Shown here: one piece after another, positions 25,648 through 38,603 of the stretch | Layout: every line of letters begins with the position of its first letter | Numbering within the stretch: the stretch's first letter is position 1 | NCBI RefSeq assembly: GCF_963676685.1 | Contig: NC_092349.1 | Span: 63,390,924-63,454,923 of the forward strand | Direction: 5' to 3' | Length of the DNA: 64,000 nt | From: Mytilus edulis | Lineage: Eukaryota | The notes under the pieces: model-generated | The model's input: only the letters and a program-made list of their open reading frames with translations | Told to the model about the DNA's origin: nothing | Databases searched by the model: none | Made by a program: the position numbers and the translations under genes

Positions 25648-27126
25648 GTAAGTCAGCAAGTGCACTTAATGCTTTCAGTGCTTTGATCTAACTGTGATTC
25701 TTGTCATACACATTAGATATAAGTAATGTGCTAGCTGCTTCAGAATAGGAAGTGCTTTCTTTGATTATCTAGTGTTTTTAATGTGTGTTTGTCCTTTAAT
25801 CCCTGTTTTGCTAATGTGTTTTACTAATGTGTTTTGCTAATGCCTTAAATTGTCCAGTGTTTTTTCTCATCATTAAAGGGAATCATGAAAACAAACCATG
25901 CTTTTTATTTGAAACTAGATCGATTAATTAAAGACAATGAAAAAAGAACAAATTATTTATAGTTCAATAAACAAAGACATTTAACTTTTTCAAAACATAA
26001 TTTAGTTGTTAATTTGTAAATTTCCTGAATGATATGTAATTCAGCTGTTTGCATTGCAAAGTGCTACAATTTGTATAAATGTACTAAATAATAACAAAAG
26101 ATTTCTTATAATGTGTGCTTCAATAACATAAGTATGCTTTATATTAGGTTCATATTTCAACCTCAATTCCATTGGGAGACTCCTATACTGTTTATACAAA
26201 AGTAAGTCACAGTGACTTCGCTTTGTAAATAGATATTTAAAAATTCAATGTTGTTTGAATATATTATTTTAATAATCTTTTGTTCAAGTTTTCAAAAGAA
26301 ATTTTAAAATCAAGGATTTGAATAAGTTATTTTCTACATAATAAATATTAATAAGCTTTATTTTCAAGAACAAATTCTTGATACAAAATAAATCAGTTAT
26401 TTTCATGCTGTCATCTATTATTCATATCTCATTAGCCTTTTATTGGTCCCAATATCTATGTAATACTTGCCACTGGACATTAAGAAGCAATACTCTATCA
26501 TTCGTTTGATACCAACCTTCATGGGTTTTGTGGGTACAGGTGAACTACAAATTCAAATGTTCAACACATTACAAATTTTTTAATGACTTCAAAATATCTG
26601 CTTGAACATAATAGTATTTTCATTTTTTACATTTTCAAGACTTACATGTTTGAGATTTCTATTCATTCAAATTTCAATACACATTTCATCAAACTCCTTT
26701 ACTAATAGATACTTGTTTTCTGTGTACTTAATCTGGCTTTAAAGATGATTTATTTTGAGTTTACAACATATAATAGCCTTAATGTAGCTTCAAAGGGGTT
26801 CTATCTCTGCATGAGCAATAAAATATTTTTCATGAAGTACAAGTTCAGTCCTTTGACAAAGTTTTTCTCAGTGCATTTACCATGCTTATTGACTTAAGTT
26901 TTTGCACTAACAAGTTTTTCATTTCAACTTTATACTTTTATGGCTGCTTTTTAATGTAGAACTGTTGGTAGTTTTATAAATACTATCAGTTTAAGTCTTC
27001 AGAAGTCATTTCATTTCATACTAGCACATAAAAAGATAGTCAAAACAAGATTTACAAAATCAAGATTCTGTTGGGAAAGATTTTTTGTGACAACAAAGTT
27101 ATTTATTATCAAACTTTTTATTTAAG

Positions 27127-27276
27127 GATGTTGAAAGGAAACCAGGAGATAAATGGATGATCAGGGGACCAGCAGAATATGTACCACCTGTAGAGGTCGA
27201 GGTCATCATGAAGAGAACTGCAATCCCATTGGACGAAAATGAGGGAATCTATGTCAGAGATATTAAAACTGGAAAG
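27127..27276 (+). CDS. MVP: MVP paralog A exon 8
   Basis: Acceptor tttatttaag. [50 protein letters not shown], donor aag|gttggt. 150 nt. Confidence 0.85.
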
Positions 27277-27712
27277 GTTGGTGTTACACATATATATATA
27301 TATACTAACATTAAAACTTGAAATCAACAATAACAAATTCATTTTTTTTTTAAATTCAAAAGAAAGATAAAAAATCTTTTTTAAATGGAATATTTAGCAA
27401 AATGAAGTTATTTTTTGAAGTGAGGATTTTTTCATGAATTTTGTTAAACAAAAAACAACCTATTTTGTAACTGAACAATTCCGAGAATTTTGTGTATGTT
27501 ATGAAACACCGGGGATCTCTATTTTGACCAAAAATTATGAATTAAGATTTGATGTATTGTTATGTTTTTTAAAATACACTGGGTACTGTATATCATTATT
27601 GAGAGAACACACAAACCATTTAAATAGTAACATCTCCCATCATCCATCAACGTTTGATATTGTCTTTACACTAGTGAAGTTTTGACTAAGATTAACATTA
27701 TACATATTATAG

Positions 27713-27951
27713 GTCAGAGCTGTAACTGGAGAAACCTATATGTTAAACCAAGATGAGGAATTATGGGCCAAAGAACTTCCTCCTGCAGTTGAGACCCTTC
27801 TTGCCCAAGGAAAAGACCCTATGGCAGACAGGAGTGATAGGTCCAAATCAAGTGATTCATCCAAACCACGCGACAAGACTCGTGTTGTCACATTCAGAGT
27901 TCCACACAATGCTGCAGTACAGATTTATGATTATAAAGAAAAGAAAGCCAG
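27713..27951 (+). CDS. MVP: MVP paralog A exon 9
   Basis: Acceptor tattatag. [79 protein letters not shown] + ag|gtaaat. Track ORF 27740..27955. Confidence 0.9.
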
Positions 27952-28545
27952 GTAAATAGTGTTTCATACTCAGTGTATACATTCCCATATCCAACAGGCC
28001 ATGAGCAGAATCAGGCTAGTCATTTGATTCATAACAATCTATGAATATTGATTGAGTAGAAAGTACACATTGTAAACCAACTTCTTCAGGGCTTTAGTGG
28101 CCTAATGGGCTAAGAGGTTCATATACAATCATCACAATCTTTTAATTTAAGGTTGCGAGTTCAAACTCAGCGGGTTCCAAGTAAGTTAGACATCAATCTT
28201 AATCAACAAGAAATGCCAGTTTTCCTGCTGAATATCAATGGTTCTTTATGGTTACTCCTGCTTTCTCAATTAATTAAATCTGACCACTGTGGTATGGCAA
28301 ATTTTGCTGAAACTGGAATCAAATATCTAAAAAGAAACAAACAAAGTTCTTTATGTAAATCTTTGATAATTGTTGAATGATCCAGACAATTTTGGTAAAA
28401 TTTAGATTTTATTGAAAACTTATAATTCACAAATTTAATCATTACCCTTGAAATCCAACAAAATTAGTATCAAACAAGTTGTAATGATTGCACAGTAGTT
28501 AGTTACATAGAAATAATACCACTTGTAATTTTCTTTCCTTTATAG

Positions 28546-28888
28546 AGTTGTGTTTGGTCCAGAATTAGTTATGTTGGGTCCAGATGAACAATTCACACAG
28601 CTTAGTCTCTCTGGAGGTAAACCAAAGAAACAAAACGTTATCAAATCATTGTGTTTACTTCTTGGACCTGATTTCTGTACTGACATTATCACCGTAGAAA
28701 CAGCCGATCACGCTAGGTTGTCACTTCAGCTGTCATACAACTGGCACTTTGATATTAAAAATAAAGAAGATAAGACAGAGGCATCTAAGATTTTCAGTGT
28801 ACCAGATTTTGTTGGGGATGCCTGCAAGGCCATTGCCTCCCGGATTAGAGGAGCTGTGGCTCAAGTTCAGTTTGATGATTTCCACAAG
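28546..28888 (+). CDS. MVP: MVP paralog A exon 10
   Basis: Acceptor cctttatag. (R)[28 protein letters not shown]...[31 protein letters not shown], donor aag|gtatga. Track ORF 28550..28894. Confidence 0.9.
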
Positions 28889-29506
28889 GTATGATTAATA
28901 ATCTGTACAAGTGTAGATCTTAATAGACACATGCATTATCACTGAAATTTTTTTATAGGTCAAACTCATAAAATTATTGTTCTATTCATAAATATTACGC
29001 ATATAAAAATTGTTTTAGCTGTTGAGAAAATATTCATAAATATTGCGCAAATAAAAATAAATGTGTGGTATGATTGGCAATTTGAGTACTCTCCACCAGA
29101 GACAAAAGTGGCATAGAATTTAACCTTGAATTATAATTTTATGAACAAATAAACATGAGCTAAAAATTGTCTTTCAAAATTATACTAAAGAATTATTTCC
29201 AGGTTTTTCTCAAAATCCAGGGGTGGTGCTAAAAACTCCAGAGTGTAAGAGAACCACTCTGGAATATCCTTTGATGTTCCGTGAGGCATATTGATAGATA
29301 CGAAACCTTATGTTTATACATGTATCACTGCATAATATAATTTTTTCTCATCAGGGCAAGGAGTGAATCAATCCTATTAAATGAAGAAAAAATATATTAT
29401 GCCATATAGAATAAAAAATACAATCACAAATAATCAGTACAAACTGAAAATTATCTACTGTGGACAGAAAAAAAATCAAAATTAAGAAATCTGCATTATG
29501 TTACAG

Positions 29507-29718
29507 AATTCTGCTAGGATCATCAGATCTTCTGTGTTTGGTTTTGATGACAAAGACAAAGTGCGTGAAGTTTTCAAATTCCCACAAAACAACTTGGTAT
29601 TCACCAGTATTGATATCCAGTCTGTAGAACCTGTAGATCAGAGAACTAGAGATGCCTTACAGAAGTCTGTACAACTGGCCATTGAAATCACAACAAACTC
29701 ACAGGAAGCTGCTGCAAG
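29507..29718 (+). CDS. MVP: MVP paralog A exon 11
   Basis: Acceptor tatgttacag. [70 protein letters not shown] + ag|gtagat. Track ORF 29498..29722. Confidence 0.9.
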
Positions 29719-30129
29719 GTAGATAACTCTACAATAACTTCTACTGGTATCATAAAAACACACAAATTATTGTACAGGAGAAAACTGCAAAGTAGTTATG
29801 AAAACACAGTTCAATTTTAGATGACAAGGCATTTATAAAAATGAAGAAATGGTTTCATTTGCCAATGAAACAATTCTCCACCAGAGACCAAATGACATGA
29901 AGATTAACTACTATGGGTCACCATTCTGACTTCAGTACCTTATCATTATAAATGGCAATGGTCCTGCTCCCTAATGTTGGGAACCTGTACATGATTTGTT
30001 TGTTCATCTGTGCTGGTGTTTATCATTTAGATAGTTCATGCCAGAAATAAGAATTATATTGGAAGTAATCTGCAAAACACAAATTGATGAATATAAGTGA
30101 AGAGTTTTATCAATATATATTTTTTTCAG

Positions 30130-30373
30130 GCATGAAGCAGAAAGATTAGAACAGGAAGCTAAAGGAAGATTAGAGAGACAAAAGATATCAGATGAAGCAG
30201 AAGCTGAGAAATCCAGGAAGCAATTGTTAGAACTACAGGCAAACAGTGCTGCAGTAGAAAGTACTGGTCAGGCTAAAGCAGAGGCACAGTCCCGAGCTGA
30301 AGCTGCTAGGATTGAGGGTGAGGCAGCTGTAGATCAAGCCAAACTGAAATCACAGGCCATGAAGATTGAGGCA
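30130..30373 (+). CDS. MVP: MVP paralog A exon 12 (coiled-coil cap helix)
   Basis: Acceptor ttttttcag. (R)[81 protein letters not shown], donor gca|gtaagt. Track ORF 30224..30409. Confidence 0.9.
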
Positions 30374-31274
30374 GTAAGTATAAAAATGTGTTGCTCTGTC
30401 AGAATATAACATTCACTAATTATACAACTGCAAAAATTGAAAATTTTTGGTCGTATATTGGTACGACATTGTTGTCAACGTCGTCAACGTCCGAAGACAT
30501 TTAGTTTTCGCACTATAACTTTAGTATGAGTAGATAGAAATCTATGAAATTTAAAAACAAGGTTTATGACCATAAAAGGAAGGTTGAGATTGATTTTGGA
30601 AATTTTGGTCCCAACAGTTTAGGAATAAGGTGCCAAAAAGGGCCCAAATAAGCATTTTTCTTTGTTTTCGCACAATAACTTTAGTATAAGTGAACAGAAA
30701 TCTATGACATTTTAACATAAGATTTATGACCACAAAAGGAAGGTTGAGATTGATTTTGAAAATTATATACCAAAGATAATGCATACTGTGGACTAATTAT
30801 TATTCCCTGGATACTTATTTTCGTGTATTTCCTCAGGAGAGAAAAATAACAAATTTAAATGTTCAACAAAACCTCAGATTTCCTATTGGCTTGTCTAGAG
30901 ATTTTTTGAATCCATGGATATTGCTATCTATAAAAAGAAAGTATATCTCAGCATATAAATAATATAATATAATGAATATAAAGAGATTTTGAAAGATTGT
31001 CAATTACTATAATTTCAAATTGAGACGAATGGATAAGGATGTTACCACCACTGGGAACCATATGCCCTTCAACAATTAACAAAACACATAGCTTGACCTT
31101 TTAGAAAGTTTTGTCAAATATGTCAAAGAGACAACAGCCATACTGAAGAGTAGATAACAGCCAAAGGCCACCCAAACTTGTCTAACAAAATGAATTCTTG
31201 ATTATTCTCATCCAAACCTCTAGGTTATGCAAATGTTTGAGATCATATCTTCAAATTCTTTGTTGACTTTGTAG

Positions 31275-31613
31275 GAGTCCGAATTAGAAAGACTTACACA
31301 AGCCAGAGAGGCAGAACTTAAATATGTGAGAGAGCAGAACGACATGGAACTTTCAAAATCAAAAGAAATGTCAACTATCGAAACAACAAAATTCAAGAAC
31401 ATGGTGGATGCTATTGGAGCAAATACCTTGGCAACCATGGCTTCAGCTGGACCAGACCAACAGGTCCGTATGTTGCAGTCCCTTGGCCTGAAATCAACCC
31501 TTATCACAGACGGTAGTACACCAATAAATCTGTTTAATACAGCCAACGGATTGGTTGGAGGTATGATGCCAGCGAAGAGGAGCAGACGATCGGATGAGGA
31601 AGATGATGATTAA
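31275..31613 (+). CDS. MVP: MVP paralog A exon 13 incl. stop
   Basis: Acceptor ctttgtag. [112 protein letters not shown]. The motif [24 protein letters not shown] is the conserved MVP C-terminus. Track ORF 31326..31613. Confidence 0.9.
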   Translation, partial: ESELERLTQAREAELKYVREQNDMELSKSKEMSTIETTKFKNMVDAIGANTLATMASAGPDQQVRMLQSLGLKSTLITDGSTPINLFNTANGLVGGMMPAKRSRRSDEEDDD

Positions 31614-33479
31614 AACGTTGTATTAAACTGTTGCGTAAAAACACCAAAATGAAGTTTGAAGTTTGACCTTTACTTACTTAACTTAACGATAAAATCCTTG
31701 GTGAAACTGTAATGTTTATTTTTTGTTGTACACATTTTGTCGGAATTTATTTCATTATCTTCTTTCATATTTTGTTGAATATAATTTTGTTACTTTTTGT
31801 TATATTTTTTTTTATTTGAATGGACAAAATGTTTGAGTGATAAGAAAAGATGTGTTAGTGATACTTGGAATTTTTAGTGAAAGAGGAGTGAAAATTATAT
31901 TTTGATAAAATCAATGGACCAAGTATGTGATAAAATTTCATAGTGTTTTCCTATCTTCATTGTATAGTTTTATATCATTTTCATATCCAAACTATTACTA
32001 GGAAATAATGGTTATCTTTATTTATTTTGATTATTTAATCACTTTTATATACTGTTTAAAACATACAAAGGACACAAAATGTTTGTGCAATAATTATTGT
32101 CTTACTCTTCTATGTGCTGTGAGTAAGTTATATATGTCTGCTATTTATATTATACACTGTTTACATACAGTCAGTTTTATATTGACCATTGTAAGCTTCT
32201 TAAACAATCATAACTGTAAATACCGTGATTATATATTGTTATAAATCATGTGATGTATGGTTAGTTGTAGTGGATTTGAAAAAAAAAGAAGTAAAAAACA
32301 TTTAACAGAAAAGTTAATAAAAAATTAAATATAATCTCCTTTTCTTATTTCAGTACTATTTGTTTTTCATTAGTGAACACAAAAAAAAGAAGACTTTGAA
32401 ATACCGATATAATACCCTAACAAAGAATTTACTAATCACATACTTAAAGTAACAAAATCTTTTGGACAAAAAATGAACAAAACAGAACATATTACAAGTT
32501 ATTTAGTTTGACTTCTCCCATGCATAAGACCAAATGTTAAAATTGTTTTTCTGGATACCCAAAAACCTGCTTATGACACCATATAAAAGAAAGAAGCAAC
32601 AAACACAATACATGCCACACAAATGTGGATGACTGCAAACAAATTAATTTGTGCTACTCACAAGAGTAGAAAAAAATTAATTTTCCATTCTTAACTACAT
32701 CAAATAAATTTGTGAATTGCAAAGAAAGGGTTGGCAAACCAAAGCAGTGGAGGACGATCAATGCATTTGAATGGGGATATATAGTTGGAACCCCCCTTTA
32801 TCATGCATATATGGGTTGGGACCCCCCCTTTTTTTTTTAAAATGGCTGGATTCGCCCCTGCAAAATATCTGCTAAACAATACAATGGTTTACAGTATCAT
32901 ATGAAGTGTGGCAGTTGGCTCGTTGTCAATTATATTCACCACTACACATGCTCAGAAAAGCTGACCAACTTCAACCAGTGCACATCACTAACCACATCAA
33001 TCGCAGTATACTATGTAGATTTATAGTAGAGACCATTATTTGAAGACTTTTGAAAGGAAGTTAACAAAGTTACTGTTTCAGTTAATTGTCATAGACATTC
33101 CCTGGAACTTCTATTATAGAATCTGTACCTGGGCATTATTACCAGACCCTGTAACTAGCTAATATTACCAGTTGTAGCGTATTTAAGTTTACCTTGCAAT
33201 TATTATAAGGTATTTAAAAGATACAACATCCCTGTACCTAGCTAATATTTACAGGGGATGATTGAGATAACAAACAAAATATATCAGGAACCTTGTCAGT
33301 TTTTCTTGCATGTCATTTCTTGATGCATTTTGCTATTTGGAGAATTGGTTGTTATTGACAAATTTTTATATGACCACAAAATTTTGCTGTCGTATATTGG
33401 TATGACGTTGGCCTCGTCGTCATCATCGTCCAAAGACACATTGGTTTTTAACCGGATTTTTGTGACAAAAATGTCGGTT

Positions 33480-34330
33480 ATTGATTTGGGGATGTACGGC
33501 GGGCGGGCGGGCGGGCGGGCGGGAATCAAATATTGTCCGTGCATTAACTCATGAACCGTTCAACCGAAGCTTTTAAAATTTTAATATGTTGTTACTGACA
33601 ACTAAATGAAGGTCAAGTTCAATAATGGCGATTTTTACTTTTACCGTTCAGGAGTTATGGTTCTTGAAAGATTGAAAAATGGAGTTTCCAGTCGTGTACG
33701 TGCATAAACTCATGAACCGATCAACCAAAGCTTTTAAAATTTTAATATGTTGTTACTGACAACTAAATGAAGGTCAAGTTCAATAATGGCGAGTTTGACT
33801 TTTACCGTTCAGGAGTTATGGTTCTTGAAAGATTAAAAAATGGAGTTTCCAGTCATGTCCGTGCATTAACTCAGGAACCGTTCAACCAAAGCTTTTAAAA
33901 TTTTAATATGTTGTTACTGACAACTAAATGAAGGTCAAGTTCAATAATGGCGATTTTGATTTTTACCGTTCAGGAGTTATGGTTCTTGAAAGATTGAAAA
34001 ATGGTGTTTCGAGTCGTGTCCGTGCATTTTCTCATGAACCATTCAACCAAAGCTTTTGAAATTTATATATGTTGTTACTGATGACAAAATAGAGGTCAAG
34101 TTCAATAATGACGATTTTGACTTTTACCGTTCAGGAGTTATGGTTCTTGAAAGATCGTAAAATGGCGTTTCCATTCACGTTGTTGCATTTACTCATGAAC
34201 CATTCAATCTAAGCTTTTCAAATTTTAATATGTTGATACTGATGACAAAATGGAGGTCAAATTTGATATTGGCGATTTTAACTTCACATTCATCAGTAAT
34301 GGTTCTTGTGATTTTGCCAGGACACAAATA
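33480..34330. repeat. (GGGC)6 microsatellite followed by an about 155-bp tandem array (about 5 units: ..catgaaccgttcaaccaaagcttttaaaattttaatatgttgttactgacaactaaatgaaggtcaagttcaataatggcgattttgacttttaccgttcaggagttatggttcttgaaagattgaaaaatgg..)
   Basis: Direct tandem copies visible. Confidence 0.8.
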
Positions 34331-36938
34331 AATGTTAATAAATCCGGTTTGCTGTCGTTGTGACAGCCTCTTGTTGCACTATAACTTTAGTTTAAGTAAA
34401 TATAAATCTATAAAATTTAAACACAAGGTTTATGACCACAAAAGAAGGTTGGGATTGATTTTGGGGGTTTTGGTCCCAACAGTTTAGGAATAAGGGGCCA
34501 AAAACTGGCCCAAATAAGCATTTTTCTTGGTTTTCGCACAAAAACTTTAATATAAGGAAGTAGAAATCTATGAAATTTAAACAAGGTTTATGAACACAAA
34601 AGAAAGGTTAGAATTGATTTTGGGAGTTTTGGTCCCAACAGTTTAGGAATTAGGGGCCAAAAAGGGCCCAAATAAGCATTTTTCTTGGTTTTCGCACCAT
34701 AACTTTAGTATAAACTAATAGAAATCTATGAAATTTAAACACAAGGTTTATGACCATAAAAAGAAGGTTGGGATTGATTATGGGAGTTTTGGTCCCCACA
34801 GTTTAGGAAATTAAACTTTGTTTGATTTCATTAAAAATTGAATAATTGGGGTTATTTGATATGCTGAATCTAACTGTGAATGTAGATTCTTAATTTTTGG
34901 TCCCGTTTTCAAATTGGTCTACATTAAGGTCCAAAGGGTCCAAAATTAAACTTAGTTTGATTTTAACAAAAATTGAATCCTGGGGTTCTTTGATATGCTG
35001 AATCTAAAAATGTACTTAGATTCTTTTTTATTGGCCCAGTTTTCATTTGGTACAAATTGGGGTAGTCCGAGATTACTCTGATGTCCAACGGCTGTTTTGC
35101 CAGACAAGCTAGGGCCGTGGGACTTCAGAGCTCGTCCCATATCAAAAAGTTGATATTTGCCCACCCAAAATAGATGCACTGCTTCGTCGTTCTGGTGTCG
35201 ATTGAGGGCCTCAGAATTATATAAATCGGGCATCAATCTATTCATTTTTATACAACCGCAAAAATTGAAAATTTTTTGGTCGTATATTGATGTCACGTTG
35301 GCGTCGTCGTCTGCGTCGTCGTCATCGTCGTCGTCCGAATACTTTTAGTTTTCGCACTCTAACTTTAGTTTAAGTAATTTGAAATCAATGAAATTTAAAC
35401 ACAAGGTTTATGACCACAAAATGAAGGTTGGGATTGATTTTGGGAGTTGAGGTCCCAACAGTTAAGGAATTAGGGGCAAAAAAGGGGCCCAAATAAGCAT
35501 TATTCTTGGTTTTCGCACCATAACTTTAGTATAAATAAATAGAAATCTATGAAATTAAAACACAAGGTGTATGACCATAAAAGGAAGGTTGGGTTTGATT
35601 TTGAGAGTTTTGGTCCCAACAGTTTAGGAATAAGGGGCCCAAAGGGTCCAAAATTAAACTTAGTTTGATTTTAACAAAAATTGAATCCTTGGGGTTCTTT
35701 GATATGCTGAATCTAAAAATGTACTTAGATTTTTTATTATTGGCCCAGTTTTCAAGTTGGTCCAAATCGGGGTCCAAAATTAAACTTTGTTTGATTTCAT
35801 CAAAAATTGAATAATTGGGGTTCTTTGATATGCAAAATCTAACTGTGTATGTAGATTCTTAATTTTTGGTCCCGTTTTCAAATTGGTCTACATTAAAGTC
35901 CAAAGTGTCCAAAATTAAACTAAGTTTGATTTTAACAAAAATTGAATTTTTGGGCTTCTTTGATATGCTGAATCTAAACATGTACTTAGATTTTTGATTA
36001 TGGGCCCAGTTTTCAAGTTGGTCTAAATCAGGATCCAAAATTATTATATTAAGTATTGTGCAATAGCAAGAAATTTTCAATTGCACAGTATTCAGCAATA
36101 GCAAGAAATCTTCAGTTGCACAGTATTCAGCAATAGCAAGAAATTTTCAATTGTACAGTATTGCGCTATAGCACGAAATCTTCAATTGCACACTATTGTG
36201 CAATAGCAAGTATTTTCAATTGCACAGTATTGCGCAATAGCAAGACATATCTAATTGCACAATATTGCGCAATAGCAAGAAATTTTCAACTGGAGTTATC
36301 TTTCTTTGTCAAGAATAGTAGTTGAATCGACTTAAATCATTGTTTTACACAATATACAATGTATATTCACTTTTACTACCAACTGATAAATTAAAACAAT
36401 CTTTACCATTCAGTGATAACAAGCACTTTTTTTACATTTTAATATTTTATGATGTATTTAAATGAGTGGTTATTGTTGCAAACTCCATTAGAAATTTGAA
36501 TTGAGATCAGTTTTGGAATAAGGGAAAGGGGATGTGAAAAAAAAATAGGGGTGGGGGTGGAGAGAGAATCAATTTTTCTCATTCATTTCAGATTTCATAA
36601 ATAGAAAAAAAATTCTTCAAACAAGTTTTTGAGAGGATTAATATTCAACAGCATAGTTAATTGCTCAAAGGGAAAAAAAATCAGTTAATTAGACCACATT
36701 CATTCTGTGTCAGAAACCTATGCTGTGTCAACTATTTAATCACAATCCAAATTTAGAGCTGAATCCATCTTGAATGCTGTGTCCATACTTACCCCAACCG
36801 TTCAGGGTTCAACCTCTGAGGTCGTATAAAGCTGCACCCTGCGGAGCATCTGATTTTAAATGAATATCAATAAAAAGTTGTTAGTTATAGTACATGTATC
36901 AAATTTAGGTAAAATCATTGGACTTCCCAGTGTATATT

Positions 36939-38603
36939 TCATTCAGATGATAAATTAAATTTTGTCAAATATGTGTCTTTGCCACTGACATCACAAATGA
37001 AACCTGAAGATTCACAATGTTTCAAACAAATACAAGTAGGATTCTCCAGTCCATCACTGAGCAGTACTTTACTCTCCTCTCCATCTTTTGATATTACTAT
37101 TATTCTATGAGTGTTAATGTCTGCTACAGAAATGTTACCATAAGTATCTGTACAAAGTCCATGAGGTCCTGATAAATCCTGTGTATATTGCCAGATATGT
37201 TTACCTGATTGATCAACACAGTAAACTGCATTACCACTGTAGTCATTATAGATTACTCTGTCATTACAGTAAACAAGGTGCCACATGTTTGTTTTACTCT
37301 GAACTTGTATTGACTTCAGTGTATTTCCTTCTAAGTCTATTAAACGGATTTCATCATCATTCAAACCTACAACAAGAGAATCATCTGATGATGATAATCC
37401 CCAGCAAAGTGTGTCTAATGAGATAACTTTGGTTACTGTTTCATTCTCCATATTGAAGATCTTAATGGCTTTCTCATAAGGATAAGTTATGGCAATAGTG
37501 TTCTGATTGATCTGTGTAACACTCCAAGCATTACCAGGTATAGATAGCTTTTTCAGTAGTTTGCCATCAGGAGTAAGTAGGTTAACACCCCATTCCACTA
37601 TTATAAGTCTTCCATCCATCAGACAGGTCATGTCACTTATACTTCCCATGTTGATCTCTATCTTATTTTCAATGTTCATGGTCATGCTGTTTATGTTTGA
37701 TTGTTTTCGTGATTCTACTTGTGCTTCCCTTCTCACACTTGTTTCTTTCTTCAAATCCATATCTGTTTTAACAACAGTTAATTCTCCTAAGGATTCTAAC
37801 TTTTTTATTATCTTTTCTGTCTCATTATTTTGCTCCATTTTGATGTGAAATTCTTTTGCCCTGTCGTCTTTGTCCAGATTATCTATGTATCGTTGACATT
37901 GATGTACATGTTGTTCAATCTGATGTACCCCTAGAAATGATTGGAGTTTGGAGGCATGTGGTATGACGGTATGTAACTGGTCTTGCATTTTCTTTAAGTT
38001 TTTCTATTTTTCTCCAATTTCAGCAATTAAATCTTTGGCTTTTGATTTTTGTTCATTTAGGATGGTATCTGCCTCTTTGCATATCCTCTTCTCTAGGTGG
38101 GTTAAATGTTTATCTATTTCATTGCGAATTTTCACAATTAATTTTTTAATGCTTTCATATTCTTCTTCTCCTCTTTTAATGTTTTGTGATTTGTTATTTA
38201 CAATTTCATCTAAGAGTTGTAAGATGGAGTTGATATCTTTCTCTACGGATTCTTTAGATTTTTCAATCTTGGTTTTCTCCACAACACTAGCTAAACTTTT
38301 TATTTCGGTACATTTTGAATGACTATTGGAAATACATTTATCACAGCAAGGCATCAAATGACTGGGGCAATACAAGTTGAGCTGTTGACCATGTTTGTCA
38401 CATTCCGTTTTGATAGCTTTGATGGAGGGTTTATAACTTTTAATATCAATAGTCTTATGATCACATGTTCCTTTGGATCTTTTGTGATGACCAGAACATG
38501 TTGAGCACAATCCTTCATCACAGTTGTAACACCAGATGACAGCTTTAGTGTTCACTTTTCCTTCTATACAAGGTCCACATGGAATAGGTTTACTTGATGC
38601 CAT
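36939..38603 (-). pseudogene. Intronless B-box1/B-box2/coiled-coil/NHL-repeat (TRIM-NHL-like, RING-less) gene interrupted by one in-frame TAG (38004-38006). Possible pseudogene or nonsense allele.
   Basis: Track ORFs 38004..38603 (199 aa) and 36939..37988 (349 aa) are in the same frame, separated only by TAG plus 5 codons (..AEIGEK*KNLKKMQDQ..). No GT..AG pair is present that could splice the stop out. The N-terminus has two B-box Cys/His patterns. The centre is a long heptad coiled coil. The C-terminus has NHL-like repeats (..GPHGLCTDTYGNISVADINTHRIIVISKDGE..). A ttttcag acceptor sits directly 5' of the ATG, so an upstream exon (UTR or RING) is possible. Confidence 0.55.

Noticed and set aside
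33480-36300. CRISPR-like regular arrays
   Set aside because: This is eukaryotic sequence. The units are 155-165 bp diverged satellites without spacer/repeat architecture or cas genes.
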